Shown piece by piece: positions 49,884-60,459 of a DNA stretch of 64,000 bases. Under the pieces are notes generated by a model. It did not search any database and was not told the DNA's origin. It was given only the letters and a program-made list of their open reading frames with translations. Position 1 is the first letter of the stretch; every line of letters starts with the position of its first letter. The stretch covers positions 3,040,001 to 3,104,000 of the forward strand of contig CBDCTZ010000016.1 of NCBI GenBank assembly GCA_965222375.1, read 5' to 3'. This DNA comes from Polyangiaceae bacterium. Its GTDB lineage: Bacteria; Myxococcota_A; Polyangia; Polyangiales; Polyangiaceae. A program made the translations under genes and the position numbers.

Positions 49884-50912
49884 TTGGGCGAACCGGCCGG
49901 CAAAGCGAACTACAGGATCTGGGCATTCGCCTTCGGGTATTTCGCCTGCTACGTCCCGTATAGCGCGCTGACGAAAGCCCTGTCCTCGGGACTCTTTTCC
50001 GGCATGCCGCGGGGCATCGCGGGCTTCGAGCTTTTGCCCCTGACAAGCGTCGCGTCGCTGTGTGGGATGTTCGCATTCATTTCGGCGCTGCGCTGGTGGC
50101 GGTTCGCGGGCAAGCGGCGAGTGCTGGGGGTGTCGATTCCAATGCCAGGCCCCTGGACGTTCCTGTCTGGGCTGTGCACCGCAGGCATCATCGCCACGAC
50201 GACCTTGGCGTATACCTTCGAGGGCGTATCCATTGTCTTCATGATGCTGCTGATGCGAGGCGGCGTGTTGGCCATTGCCCCGGTGGTGGACTTCGCGAGT
50301 CGCCGCAAGGTGCGGTGGTTCTCTTGGGTGGCGCTGAGCTTGAGTTTGTCTGCTTTGCTGGTTGCGTTCTTCGGCGGCAGCCGCAGCGGTACGGCGATGA
50401 CCGTCGTGGCGGTTGTGGACGTGGCTGTGTACCTCACGGGCTACTTCGTACGCCTCCGATTCATGAGCCGGTTGGCAAAGTCCGGCGATCCAGACGTGAC
50501 CAAGCGCTACTTCGTTGAAGAGCAAATGACCGCAACCCCCCTGGTCGTGACGTTCCTGGCGGCGCTGGCATTCGTTGGGGATGGCGCGACCGCCGCGGAA
50601 GTGCGCAACGGTTTCCTCGGCCTCTGGGGTCACCCCCGGCTGCCCCTCGTCTTGCTCGTGGGGTTGCTTTCCCAGGGCACGGGCATTTTTGGCGGACTGA
50701 TCTTGCTGGATGGGCGTGAAAACAGCTTCTGCGTGCCGGTGAATCGGGCCAGCAGCATCCTGGCCGGCGTGTTTGCGAGCCTTTCGCTGGCGATCCTATT
50801 CGGTCGGCGGCCGCCGGGCGGCACCGAATTCGTGGGTGCGGCGCTGGTCGTCGCGGCGATCGTCGTGCTGTCGCTGCCTTCGCTGCTCAAGAAGCGCAAA
50901 GCCGCCCCCTGA
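49884..50912 (+). CDS. multi-TM membrane protein, DMT/EamA-like
   Basis: About 10 hydrophobic segments. Confidence 0.7.
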   Translation: MGEPAGKANYRIWAFAFGYFACYVPYSALTKALSSGLFSGMPRGIAGFELLPLTSVASLCGMFAFISALRWWRFAGKRRVLGVSIPMPGPWTFLSGLCTAGIIATTTLAYTFEGVSIVFMMLLMRGGVLAIAPVVDFASRRKVRWFSWVALSLSLSALLVAFFGGSRSGTAMTVVAVVDVAVYLTGYFVRLRFMSRLAKSGDPDVTKRYFVEEQMTATPLVVTFLAALAFVGDGATAAEVRNGFLGLWGHPRLPLVLLVGLLSQGTGIFGGLILLDGRENSFCVPVNRASSILAGVFASLSLAILFGRRPPGGTEFVGAALVVAAIVVLSLPSLLKKRKAAP

Positions 50913-51115
50913 GCATGCGGGTTCGGGCTAGGTGAAGGCCTCGAGGGACTGTTCGAGTAGGCTGGATGGATCTGCTGATGTTTCGCCCCATGCTCCGACG
51001 CTCCATGCGAAAGTTCCTGCTTGGGTTGCAGTATGAGGCAGAACAGAACGCAGCGGAGAGCGAACGCCCGCCCGCGGGATCGCGTCCGGCGTTTTCATGA
51101 ACTGGCTCAGGCGCT

Positions 51116-51153
51116 GCCATGGCGCCGGGAATCGCCCGGCGCCATGGCTTTTT
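51116..51153 (+). terminator. intrinsic terminator-like hairpin
   Basis: GCCATGGCGCCGGG-AATCG-CCCGGCGCCATGGC followed by TTTTT, between convergent genes. Confidence 0.7.
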
Positions 51154-51167
51154 CATGAAGCGCCGGC

Positions 51168-52241
51168 TCAAGCGGCGCGGGCTCGCTGAGACACCGACTC
51201 GGGTAGTTCCGCATAGGTGCGTAGCTCGATGGCGCCCCTCAACTCAGGCGTTTTCATCAGGGCATCTCGCACACGCTCTCGGCCCTGCCCGATGCTCTTG
51301 CCATCCAGGCTCAGATGCGAACCGTTGCGCTCGATCACGCCGTAGCGGACGGCTGTGTCCAACAAGTCCGTGGCCGCATCGATACCGACGCCCCATCGGA
51401 TGTCGAACTCGGCTTCAGTGAACGGTGGAGCCACCTTGTTCTTGACCGCCCGCACGCGGGTGCGGTTGCCGACGACGGCGTCGCCGGCCTCCACTTTTCC
51501 GATCCGCCGGACGTCCAAGCGCACGCTGGCGTAGAACTTCATGGCAGCGCCGCCGGGCGTTGTCTCGGGGTTTCCGAATACCACGCCGATCTTCTGCCGC
51601 AATTGGTTGATGAAGATCAAAGTGGTGCCGGTCTTGCTGGCTACGCTAGCTAGCTTGCGTAGCGCCTGACTCATTAGGCGGGCCTGGAGCCCCATATGAG
51701 AGGCTCCCATGTCGCCTTCGATTTCCGCCTTGGGTACCAGGGCGGCTACGGAGTCGATGACGATCAGGTCCATCTGCCCCGAACGGGTCAACGTCTCGGT
51801 GATGTCGAGAGCCTGCTCCCCGCAATCGGGCTGAGCGATGAGAAGCTTCGCGAGATCGATGCCAATCGCCTTTGCATAGCGCATGTCGAAGGCATGCTCG
51901 GCATCGATGAAAGCGGCCACCCCGCCGGCGCGCTGTACTTCGGCGATGGCGTGCAGGCTCAGCGTCGTTTTGCCGCTGGACTCGGGGCCGAAGACTTCCA
52001 CGATTCGCCCACGGGGGTAGCCGCCGACCCCGAGCGCCTGATCCAACGCCAAGGATCCACTCGGAATGACCGGGACCGGCTCCCTTCCCGCGTCGCCACC
52101 GAGGCGCATGAGGGCACCCTTGCCGTGGGCCTTGTCGACCATGCTCACCAGCTCGTTCAAGGTGTCGTCGCCTCGCTTCTGGGCTGGCTCTCGCTTTCGG
52201 GGTTCTTCGTTCTTCTGGGCTTCATCGTTCTTTCGCGCCAT
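51168..52241 (-). CDS. recA: recombinase RecA
   Basis: [53 protein letters not shown]-like AGGAG upstream. Confidence 0.97.
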   Translation of the reverse strand: MARKNDEAQKNEEPRKREPAQKRGDDTLNELVSMVDKAHGKGALMRLGGDAGREPVPVIPSGSLALDQALGVGGYPRGRIVEVFGPESSGKTTLSLHAIAEVQRAGGVAAFIDAEHAFDMRYAKAIGIDLAKLLIAQPDCGEQALDITETLTRSGQMDLIVIDSVAALVPKAEIEGDMGASHMGLQARLMSQALRKLASVASKTGTTLIFINQLRQKIGVVFGNPETTPGGAAMKFYASVRLDVRRIGKVEAGDAVVGNRTRVRAVKNKVAPPFTEAEFDIRWGVGIDAATDLLDTAVRYGVIERNGSHLSLDGKSIGQGRERVRDALMKTPELRGAIELRTYAELPESVSQRARAA

Positions 52242-52281
52242 TGCTTGCTCCTGTCGTGTTTCGAAATAGCTGAGGTGTGTG

Positions 52282-53865
52282 TCAGCCTGCGGGCTCTCGG
52301 TCGAGCAGCCGACCTTGGATTGCTTCGGCGAGGTGTCCGCTCCGCACGCACTCGCTTCCTTCCAAGTCCGCAATGCTGCGCGCCACGCGCAGGATGCGAA
52401 CGTACGCGCGTGCGGACAGGCCCAGGCGGGTCATGGCGGACTCCACGAGGGTGCGCCCCCTCTTGTCCAACTTCGCGACACGCTTCAAGTCCGTGTGGGA
52501 CAGTTCGCTATTGAGTCGGCCACTGAGCCCGTGGTCGACTGCGCGCTGGCGCTGCGCTTGTCGCACCCTCTCGACACGTGCGCGAATGACCGATGAGCTC
52601 TCTCCACTGTGCGCCCGGGTGATCGCGCGGACCTCCACGGGCGGCACGCTGACGTGAAGGTCGATTCGGTCGAGCAACGGGCCCGAGAGGCGGGCCAGGT
52701 ATTGACGCCGGGCACTGTCGCTGCAACGGCATGCTCGGCGTGGATGTCCCCAGTAGCCGCAAGGGCAGGGGTTGACCGCCGCCACCAGCAACGGGCGCGC
52801 CGGGAACCAGGCCCGAGCGCGCGCGCGGGAGATGCACACTCTCCCGTCTTCCAGGGGCTGTCGAAGCGACTCCAGGGTGGAGCGACGAAACTCGAGCAGT
52901 TCGTCCAGGAACAGCACGCCATGGTGGGCCAGGCTGATTTCACCCGGGCGAGGAATGTCGCCTCCGCCGACTAGCCCTGCCTCACTGACGGAGTGATGGG
53001 GCGCACGGAACGGGCGAACCCGGACCATGCCGTCCGAAGGATCAATCAGCCCAGATATGCTGTGCACGGCCGTGGCCTCCAGTGCTTCGTCAAACGATAG
53101 AGGCGGAAGGATCGTTGGCAGCAACCGGGCGAGTAGGGTCTTGCCGCTGCCCGGGGGGCCGATGAAAAGAAGATTGTGCCCCCCAGCGGCGGCGACCTCC
53201 ACGGCACGGCGTGCGGTGGCCTGACCGCGAACATCCGCCATGTCACCAAAGGCCGCTTCTGAGGTAGCTGGCACCAGCGCGGTGGCGGCGACCTGGGGCA
53301 GACGGCGCTGTCCCTCTAGGTGTGCGATGACGTCGGCGAGGTGCCCGGACACTCGCACATCCAAGTTGCGCACCAGGCCTGCTTCCCGGGCGTTCGGTGC
53401 TGGCACGATGGCTTTTCGCTTGCCACGGGCCTTCGCTCCTTCCAGCTGCGGAAGCACACCGCGGGTTGGGCGCAAGCTGCCGTCCAGGGCCAGCTCGCCA
53501 AGCACTACGGTGTCTGCGAGACAGTCGGCCTCCAGCTCGCCAATCGCAATCAGCACGCCAAGCGCGATAGCGAGATCGAGGGCGCCACCCGTCTTGGGAA
53601 GATCTGCGGGTGCCAGGTTGACGGTGATGGCATGCTCGTCGAGGAGCACGCCCAGGCGGGCCAAGGAGCTCGCGACACGCACTCGCGCTTCGCGCACCGA
53701 AGCCTGTGCGAGGCCTACCAGTTGGAAGAAGCACGGCCCTCGCGTGCAACACACCTCGACCGCGATAGGTCGGGCATCCAACCCGACCAGCGCGCTGGAG
53801 TGCACGGTCGAGAGCCCGATGGGCTTGTCGATGATGTTGGCGGTTGCAGCGCTGTCGCGGGGCAT
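52282..53865 (-). CDS. comM: ComM/YifB Mg-chelatase-like AAA+ ATPase
   Basis: [58 protein letters not shown]. Confidence 0.95.
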   Translation of the reverse strand: MPRDSAATANIIDKPIGLSTVHSSALVGLDARPIAVEVCCTRGPCFFQLVGLAQASVREARVRVASSLARLGVLLDEHAITVNLAPADLPKTGGALDLAIALGVLIAIGELEADCLADTVVLGELALDGSLRPTRGVLPQLEGAKARGKRKAIVPAPNAREAGLVRNLDVRVSGHLADVIAHLEGQRRLPQVAATALVPATSEAAFGDMADVRGQATARRAVEVAAAGGHNLLFIGPPGSGKTLLARLLPTILPPLSFDEALEATAVHSISGLIDPSDGMVRVRPFRAPHHSVSEAGLVGGGDIPRPGEISLAHHGVLFLDELLEFRRSTLESLRQPLEDGRVCISRARARAWFPARPLLVAAVNPCPCGYWGHPRRACRCSDSARRQYLARLSGPLLDRIDLHVSVPPVEVRAITRAHSGESSSVIRARVERVRQAQRQRAVDHGLSGRLNSELSHTDLKRVAKLDKRGRTLVESAMTRLGLSARAYVRILRVARSIADLEGSECVRSGHLAEAIQGRLLDREPAG

Positions 53866-54010
53866 GCCCGGGCGTTGAGCATCCAGCGTGCCGCCAACAA
53901 AACCCGGTAGTTTCTCCGATCTCGGGCTGGCAATGCCGGCGACTGCGGTGGCGAGCGCCAGCCGCGCACCACCCCTTTCGCTCCTGACCGCGCCCCGCTA
54001 TGAGCGAGGC

Positions 54011-55042
54011 ATGACAGCTCACAAAGTCGTGCTCGTTCCCGGCGACGGCATTGGCCCGGAGGTGGCGGATGCGACCCTCAAGGTGTTGGAGGCCGCGAAA
54101 GCCCCGGTCCAATTCATCACCCGCTATGCGGGGGAAGCCGCGCTGGAGCGGGGGCACGAGCACGTCCTGCCTCCAGAGACCATTGAGGCCATCCGCGAGC
54201 ACCACGTGGCCATCAAGGGACCGTGTTCCACGCCCGTGGGCCGTGGCTTTTCCTCGGTCAACGTCGCTCTGCGGCGAACCCTGAACCTGTACGCGGCGGT
54301 GCGGCCCTTCCGCTCGTTGCCGGGCGTCCGAACTCGCTACGAAAACGTCGACCTGATTGTCGTGCGGGAGAATACCGAGGGCCTGTACAGCGGAATCGAG
54401 AATCAGATCACTGATGGCGTCGTGGTCAGCATGAAAGTCGCAACCCGCAACGCCTGCCATCGCATCGCCCATTGGGCGTTCCGCTACGCAACGCATCAGG
54501 AGCGCAAGAAGATTACGGTGTTTCACAAGGCGAACATCATGAAGCTTTCGGACGGCATGCTGTTGGATGAAGCCAAGAAGGTGCACGAGGTCGACTACCC
54601 CAACATCAAGTACCAAGAAGTCATCGTGGACGCGGGCCACATGCGCCTGGTACAGGATCCGAATCAGTTCGATATTCTGTTGTGCGAGAACCTCTACGGA
54701 GACTTAGTCTCGGATCTGTGTGCCGGCTTGGTGGGAGGACTCGGCGTGTCCCCGGGGGCCAACATTGGTGACAAAGAGGCTGTCTTCGAAGCGGTGCATG
54801 GCTCCGCGCCGGACATCGCTGGCCAGGGCGTTGCCAACCCGCTGGCGTTGATGATGAGCGCCAGCATGATGCTCACGCACCTGGGCGAGACTCGCAGCGA
54901 CCCGTCTGCTCGGAAAGCCGCCGCACGCGTGCGTGCGGCGTTCGACAAAGCCCTGCTCGACGGCGAAAAGACCCGGGATCTAGGTGGCAGCCTCGGCACC
55001 CAGGACTTCGCTCAAGCGGTCATTGATCGTCTGGAGGGCTAG
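54011..55042 (+). CDS. isocitrate/isopropylmalate dehydrogenase family (NAD-IDH-like)
   Basis: PGDGIGPEV, SVNVALR, RENTEGLY, HKANIMK, NLYGDLVSD, FEAVHGSAPDIAG. Confidence 0.92.
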   Translation: MTAHKVVLVPGDGIGPEVADATLKVLEAAKAPVQFITRYAGEAALERGHEHVLPPETIEAIREHHVAIKGPCSTPVGRGFSSVNVALRRTLNLYAAVRPFRSLPGVRTRYENVDLIVVRENTEGLYSGIENQITDGVVVSMKVATRNACHRIAHWAFRYATHQERKKITVFHKANIMKLSDGMLLDEAKKVHEVDYPNIKYQEVIVDAGHMRLVQDPNQFDILLCENLYGDLVSDLCAGLVGGLGVSPGANIGDKEAVFEAVHGSAPDIAGQGVANPLALMMSASMMLTHLGETRSDPSARKAAARVRAAFDKALLDGEKTRDLGGSLGTQDFAQAVIDRLEG

Positions 55043-55946
55043 GCTCGAGCGCCGCGCCTTCGCTGGAAAAGGCCTTGTAGTAGCCCTCCACTCGTTCCTC
55101 GAATGCTCGGGGCTTCTCGGCGAATAGCCGAGCGCCGATGCGCAAGGCGTCCCCCCGCAAGGCCGCTCGGCGCTGATCCAAGGTGCGCAGCAGCTGTTTG
55201 AGGTCGCCGGAGAATTCCATGGGTACGGCCTTGGAAAGCAAACTGTCCCGCAGATCGGACAGATCGTGCTCGTCCCCCAAGGTGTCGGCCAAATGCTTGA
55301 GGCTTTTGGCGCGAAGACCGAGTTCTTCGGGCCAGACCGGCGTGAGTAGTTCCACCTGGTGCCACTGGTACTTGACCCACTTGCGCCACTCGTGGAACGC
55401 GTGGGTCGATGGTCGCTTCAGGCAACGCCTCATGAAGCCGCGACCTTTTGCGTAACTGAAGCGGAGGCCCTGCCCCACCAGATCCCAATCACCTTTGCCC
55501 GGCTTCAGGCGGCCAAACATGGCTTGGGCTTCCAGCAGGAGTTGTCTTGCCTGAGCCACGTTGCTGCCACTGGGCAGCGGGGATTCGTCGCCCTTGACGA
55601 CCATCTTGCGAACGGTTTGGGAGAACGCCTCGTCCTTCTTGGGTTGACTGCGCAACATCAACTTGAGGCCCCGCTTGCGGACGGCGGCTTCTCGCGCGGT
55701 GGCCAGCAAGCGAGAAGCGTCGCGCAGAGCCGCATTGGCTTTCGCGTAGCTCTTGCCCGGAATGGAGAAACGCACCAAGCGTAGGTGTGCGCGCAAGCGC
55801 TTCACACGCTTGCGCACGCCGTGAACATGGAGCTCCGCGTCCTCGTCCAGTCGAGCAAGAGCCGCCAAGCAGTGATCGATGTCACGCGTGGCAACGCGGA
55901 CAACGGCTTGCGCGGGCTTTTCTCCGGGTTCGATGTCGAAACTCAT
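55020..55946 (-). CDS. CHAD domain protein
   Basis: VHGVRKRVKRLRA, FHEWRKWVK, LGDEHDL. Confidence 0.88.
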   Translation of the reverse strand: MSFDIEPGEKPAQAVVRVATRDIDHCLAALARLDEDAELHVHGVRKRVKRLRAHLRLVRFSIPGKSYAKANAALRDASRLLATAREAAVRKRGLKLMLRSQPKKDEAFSQTVRKMVVKGDESPLPSGSNVAQARQLLLEAQAMFGRLKPGKGDWDLVGQGLRFSYAKGRGFMRRCLKRPSTHAFHEWRKWVKYQWHQVELLTPVWPEELGLRAKSLKHLADTLGDEHDLSDLRDSLLSKAVPMEFSGDLKQLLRTLDQRRAALRGDALRIGARLFAEKPRAFEERVEGYYKAFSSEGAALEPSPPDDQ

Positions 55947-55996
55947 GTGGCGCTCTGGGTTGCGCGGTCGAGCGAGGGGTGGGACAAATAGCCGTC

Positions 55997-56995
55997 TTGG
56001 CCAGCGGAGTCGAATCGACAAATTCCCAGCCTGCGGTTGACCGGGATCAGCTCGAAGCGCTCATTTCTCGGGTGACCGCAGGGGTAGATCGGCCCGAGTG
56101 CGGGCTGTTCGGGCCCGGGAGCGTGGCTTGGCAAGTGGATCGGGAGTCCGCGCTGTTTCTTGGGGGCGGCCGGGCGGCGCTGCTGCAGTTGGCCCACCCT
56201 TTCGTTGCCCATTCGGTCGATCAGCACTCCAAAACTCGAACGGACCCCTTGGGGCGCTTCAAGCGCACGTTTGAAAACGTGTACGCGATCGTATTCGGAG
56301 ATCAGGACCAAGCCCTACGTTCCTCGCGTCGCGTTCATGCCATTCACCAGCGCATCGTCGGGACAGTGACCGAGGACGTTGGGGCCTTCAAGAAGGGCAC
56401 GCCATATGCCGCGAATGATCCCGAGGCCTTGCTTTGGGTACATGCGACGTTGATCGATTCGGGCTTGATGTTCTACGAGGCCATCCTCGGGCGCCTGCCG
56501 CCAGCCCAGCGCGAGGCCTACTACCAGGAAAGCAAGAGTTTCGCGCGGCTGTTCGGCATCGACGATGGTGTGCTGCCGCCGGACATGGCCGCCTTCGAAG
56601 CCTATATGCGCCGCATGCTCGACTCGGATGTGATCACCGTGGGCAAACCCGCTCGCGAAATTGCGTCGTTTCTCTTTCGTCCGCCCAACTCCGCGCTGGC
56701 GCCCGCGATGAGCTTCATGAAAATGATGACCGCGGGCGCGCTGACGCCGCGACTCCGAGCCGAGTTCGGCTTTTCCTGGAGTGTGGGCAGAGAGCGCGCC
56801 TATCGTTCGTCCTTGAAGGTGCTGTCTCGACTCTACCCAGCCCTGCCCCTGAGGGTTCGATGTGTTCCGGCGTACAGCCACGCCCTGCGACGCATTGCAG
56901 GCAGATCGGGTCCAGATCCCTTTGCACGTGCGGTCGAGAAGCTACTCGCCGAAGGATTGGTTCGCGTGGGCATGCCGAAGCCCGGCGCCGGCTGA
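55997..56995 (+). CDS. oxygenase MpaB / DUF2236 family protein (start approximate)
   Basis: FGPGSVAWQV, GRAALLQLAHP, DPLGRFKRT, YAANDPEALLWVHATL. Confidence 0.88.
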   Translation: MASGVESTNSQPAVDRDQLEALISRVTAGVDRPECGLFGPGSVAWQVDRESALFLGGGRAALLQLAHPFVAHSVDQHSKTRTDPLGRFKRTFENVYAIVFGDQDQALRSSRRVHAIHQRIVGTVTEDVGAFKKGTPYAANDPEALLWVHATLIDSGLMFYEAILGRLPPAQREAYYQESKSFARLFGIDDGVLPPDMAAFEAYMRRMLDSDVITVGKPAREIASFLFRPPNSALAPAMSFMKMMTAGALTPRLRAEFGFSWSVGRERAYRSSLKVLSRLYPALPLRVRCVPAYSHALRRIAGRSGPDPFARAVEKLLAEGLVRVGMPKPGAG

Positions 56996-57002
56996 TAGCC
57001 AC

Positions 57003-57056
57003 GGATTGGTTTTTGGGGATGTGCCGGCCAATCGCGTCATCGGCACCTCGCCCTGT
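57003..57056 (+). repeat. ~55 bp hairpin element, copy A
   Basis: GGATTGGTTTTTGGGGATGTGCCGGCC..GTCATCGGCACCTCGCC; inverted homolog at 59880-59934. Confidence 0.8.
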
Positions 57057-57119
57057 ACGCGCGGACCGCCCGGCCCGGGCAGCGGCTTGAATGCTCGGAA
57101 GCCGCCCTCGGGGGCCCCG

Positions 57120-59699
57120 TCAGTGGCCCCGACTGCCCGTCTTCAAGTACGGGAATTCGCTGACTCTCGCCGACAGTTGGGCCGGCGGAGTGGCTGCGCC
57201 ACTCGGGTCGACGCCCGTGACGCTGAAGGTCTGTGCCGGGGGGCGCCGCGCTGGCCGCGCCAAAGTGCCGCTCTTGCAGGGATCACAGCGACCGCAGGCA
57301 TTGGCGCGAGCGCCAAGAGCGCGCTCGAGAGCTGCCCGATGGCAGCCGGCGTCGAGCAGCACATCACGCATCGCGCTCAGGCGTCGCTCGTCCTCCCGCT
57401 GTTGCCGGAACAGCCGCGCGGAGATCTCCGTGGCGCATTCCATGATGTCGCGGGCCGGTGCCAAGGTTTCCACCCAGCCGGAAGTCACGCGGAGCAAGCC
57501 GGCCATCTCGAAGACGGTGCACCAGCTGGCCAGGGTTGTCAGAGATAGGCCCGTCTCCAGGGCCAGGGCTTCGAAGTTGGTCTTGCGCGTTTCCAAAGCT
57601 TGGCCATCCAGAGCATCGGCAACTGCGGCAGCGTGGGGAGGATGCAATCGATGACGCATCAGCAGCGCACCGCCGCGGTTCGAGTCGCCGACGTCGCAGT
57701 AGATGATGGCGCGGGCTTGATCTCCGTCCCGGCCGACCGCGCCCACTTCACGCGCCAGCTGCTCGGCGCTGGTGGGTGCACCCCAATGCACGATGAAGCG
57801 CAGATCGCGCTTGTCGAGCCCGAGGCCAAACCCTTTGGGTGCGCCCTCGAGTAGTCGCTCGTCGTCGGTACCGACCACGCCAGAGCCAGGGCTGAAGGCG
57901 CTCTGGGCGACCATCACCGTCTTGCGGCCCGGCAACATGAAATTCAACTGCTCCCCGAGCCGCTCAGACGCTGTCAGATCCGCATGGTAGCGATGGGATG
58001 GCACCCGGGCGCTGACCAGAAGGCCATGGATTTCTTCGACTTCTCGAGGAGTCTGCGCCAACACCAGGCCCGGGCGTCGCAGCTCCTGTACCAATCCGCT
58101 GAATGCACGTCGCCGGGGATCGCCACTGAGGCGATGCAGCTCCAGGACCACGTTGTCTCGAATGGGTTGAGACTCCACGACGACCGGCGCGCTGAGCTCG
58201 AGGCAGCTAGCCACCTCGCGCCGAGTGGTGAAGCCAGAGGGCGCGAGTAGGGCAACCACGTTGGGGCGCCCCAAATCCACGAGCAGTTTGCGCCAGATCA
58301 ACAACGACGGGCAGATGCCGTGGCTTGTCTCTGCCAGGGAGTGCGCCTCCTCCACGATGCACACGGCCACACCCCGTGTGCGCAGCGCGGCGCGCACATC
58401 CTCGGCGCTGGCCAAGGCGCCCGGCGAGGTGAACAGCGTCAACGGCTCGCCCGCATCCAACTGCGCGCACAGTTTGCCTCGCTCTGCTTGCGACGGGCTG
58501 GGATCCAAGCGCGCGGCCGGAATGCGACGATGTTCGAGGCGTTGTTGCTGTTCCCGAGTCAGGCGTGGGCTCGGCGACAAGATCACTGCTACGCCACCAC
58601 ACAGCTGGGCCAGTATTGCGGCACAGGTCGACTTGCCTTCACCCGCGGCGAAAGTGGCAACGACGTTGCGTCCTTCCAACCCCGCTCCGATCACCCGCTT
58701 CTGCAGATCCGAGAGTTGAGCTGCGCCCAGTCGCTCCGCCATGGTTTGAGCGGCCTTCCACGTTGCCGTAGTCACGCTGCTGGGCTTTGGAGCTGGTTGG
58801 GCGGCGTTGGAACTTGCTCGTGGCGGGAGCCGGCCCACGCGAACCGCCGAGCGGCTGTCAGCGATTTCTAGCGGCGCTTCTCGAGGGGGCTCGAGGCAAG
58901 CAGGTCGTGCCGCGGACCCCGTGCCACTTTCGCCGCCTCGCTTCGCGGCAGCAGCGCTGCCTTTGGGCGCGATGGCGCGGATGGTGGAGCGGGTAGCGAC
59001 CGGCTTGCGTTCGGCGACCTGCTTCGCGGGCCTGCGCTTCGTCGCCGCGAGGGGCTTTCGCTTCGCGAGGGCCTTGGTCGGCTTGCGCTTGGCTCCGACC
59101 GCGGACTTACGCTTCGCTGCGGGTTTGCGTCTCGTCGCGGCGGCGACGGGCTTGCGCTTGGCGGCGGGCTTTGTGGGCTTGCGCTTCGCTACGGAGTTCG
59201 CGGTCTTGTGCTTGGCTGGAGCCGCACTCTTGCGTTTCGTAGCGGCGGTTGGTGTTCGCTTCGCGAGGGCCTTGGTCGGCTTGCGTTTCGTCGCCACCGC
59301 GGTCTTGCGCTTCGCCGGAGCAGCGGACTTGCGTTTTGCGGCGGCGGACGGCCTGCGCTTCGCGACGGCCTTGGCGGGCCTACGCTTCGCGAGGGCCTTG
59401 GTCGGCTTGCGTTTTGTCGCCACCGTGGTCTTGCGCTTCGCTGGAGCAGCGGACTTGCGTTTTGCAGCGGCGGACGGTTTGCGTTTCGTGAGGGCCTTGG
59501 CCGGCTTGCACCGGGTCGCGGCCTTGGCGATTTTGCGTTTCGCCGCGCTGGCCTTCTTGGCGGGTCGCTTCCCAACCGCGCGCTTGGCAGCCGGCGCCTT
59601 GCGCGCCGGCTTCTTGGTGGCCCGGGCGCCCCGCGCCTTGGGCGTGGCCTTGCGAGTCTTGGCCTTGCCTCTTGCCTGAGTTCCGCGATGCTTTGTCAT
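57120..59699 (-). CDS. histone H1-like Lys/Ala repeat region fused to a degenerate RecQ-like helicase
   Basis: ~240 aa of KRKP/AKRK repeats; GEGKS, VEEAH, YHADL, GLGLDKRDLRFIVH, EVGAVGRDG, C..R..CGRCDPC. Confidence 0.85.
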   Translation of the reverse strand: MTKHRGTQARGKAKTRKATPKARGARATKKPARKAPAAKRAVGKRPAKKASAAKRKIAKAATRCKPAKALTKRKPSAAAKRKSAAPAKRKTTVATKRKPTKALAKRRPAKAVAKRRPSAAAKRKSAAPAKRKTAVATKRKPTKALAKRTPTAATKRKSAAPAKHKTANSVAKRKPTKPAAKRKPVAAATRRKPAAKRKSAVGAKRKPTKALAKRKPLAATKRRPAKQVAERKPVATRSTIRAIAPKGSAAAAKRGGESGTGSAARPACLEPPREAPLEIADSRSAVRVGRLPPRASSNAAQPAPKPSSVTTATWKAAQTMAERLGAAQLSDLQKRVIGAGLEGRNVVATFAAGEGKSTCAAILAQLCGGVAVILSPSPRLTREQQQRLEHRRIPAARLDPSPSQAERGKLCAQLDAGEPLTLFTSPGALASAEDVRAALRTRGVAVCIVEEAHSLAETSHGICPSLLIWRKLLVDLGRPNVVALLAPSGFTTRREVASCLELSAPVVVESQPIRDNVVLELHRLSGDPRRRAFSGLVQELRRPGLVLAQTPREVEEIHGLLVSARVPSHRYHADLTASERLGEQLNFMLPGRKTVMVAQSAFSPGSGVVGTDDERLLEGAPKGFGLGLDKRDLRFIVHWGAPTSAEQLAREVGAVGRDGDQARAIIYCDVGDSNRGGALLMRHRLHPPHAAAVADALDGQALETRKTNFEALALETGLSLTTLASWCTVFEMAGLLRVTSGWVETLAPARDIMECATEISARLFRQQREDERRLSAMRDVLLDAGCHRAALERALGARANACGRCDPCKSGTLARPARRPPAQTFSVTGVDPSGAATPPAQLSARVSEFPYLKTGSRGH

Positions 59700-59879
59700 G
59701 TGAAATCGCCCACATGCGTACCATCGGCGATCGGGATTGTGAACACAAAAGCAGTGTACGGGCGCTCAGAGGGTGCAGACTTTCAGGGGCTGCCCGACGC
59801 CCCCGTCACTTTGCGTGGGAAATCGGCCAACCGGGCCCAGCAAGAGCCATTCGCGCCAGGAACCCCGAGCGCGAGGCGC

Positions 59880-59934
59880 GCAAGGCGAGGTGCCGATGAC
59901 GGCAGGGGCCGGCACATCCCCAAAAAAACCATCC
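59880..59934 (-). repeat. ~55 bp hairpin element, copy B
   Basis: Reverse complement reads GGATGGTTTTTTTGGGGATGTGCCGGCC..GTCATCGGCACCTCGCC. Confidence 0.8.
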
Positions 59935-60036
59935 AGGGCCAGGGGCCTCTTCCAATCCTCGCGCGGTCGAGCGAACCCTTTCGATGCTGGATTGGCTCTC
60001 ACAGGGCAGGGACGTTCAAGTCCGCGAGGAGCCGTC

Positions 60037-60459
60037 ATGGATATCGCCATCAGTTTCGTCGGAGGCAAGCGGGTGGATGCACAGTTGGGCGATCGGGTGA
60101 TCCGCACCGACCAGAGCCCAGAGCATGGTGGGGAGGGGCGCGAGCCGGAGCCCTTTGAGTTGTTTCTGGCCTCCCTCGCCGCCTGCGCTGGAGTGTACGT
60201 GCTGGGTTTCTGCCAAGCTCGGAACATCCCTACGGATGGGATCCAACTCGTGCAACACCAGGACTTCGATTCCGACACGGGGCGCCTGGAACGAGTGCGC
60301 CTGGATATCTCGGTTCCATCGGGGTTTCCGGAGAAGTACGTGCCGGCGCTAGAACGGGTCGCGGCCAAGTGCAGCGTCAAGAAGGTGATCGAGAGCGCGC
60401 CACAATTCGAGATCCGCGCGCAGAAACACCACGCGGTGCAGCTCGACGCAGCGTCCTAG
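60037..60459 (+). CDS. OsmC family protein
   Basis: IRTDQ..GG....EPFELFLASLAACAG, AAKCSVKK; RBS-like AGGAG. Confidence 0.9.
   Translation: MDIAISFVGGKRVDAQLGDRVIRTDQSPEHGGEGREPEPFELFLASLAACAGVYVLGFCQARNIPTDGIQLVQHQDFDSDTGRLERVRLDISVPSGFPEKYVPALERVAAKCSVKKVIESAPQFEIRAQKHHAVQLDAAS

Noticed and set aside
58807..59679. 290 aa hydrophobic repetitive plus-strand ORF
   Set aside because: Antisense shadow of the Lys/Ala repeat region.
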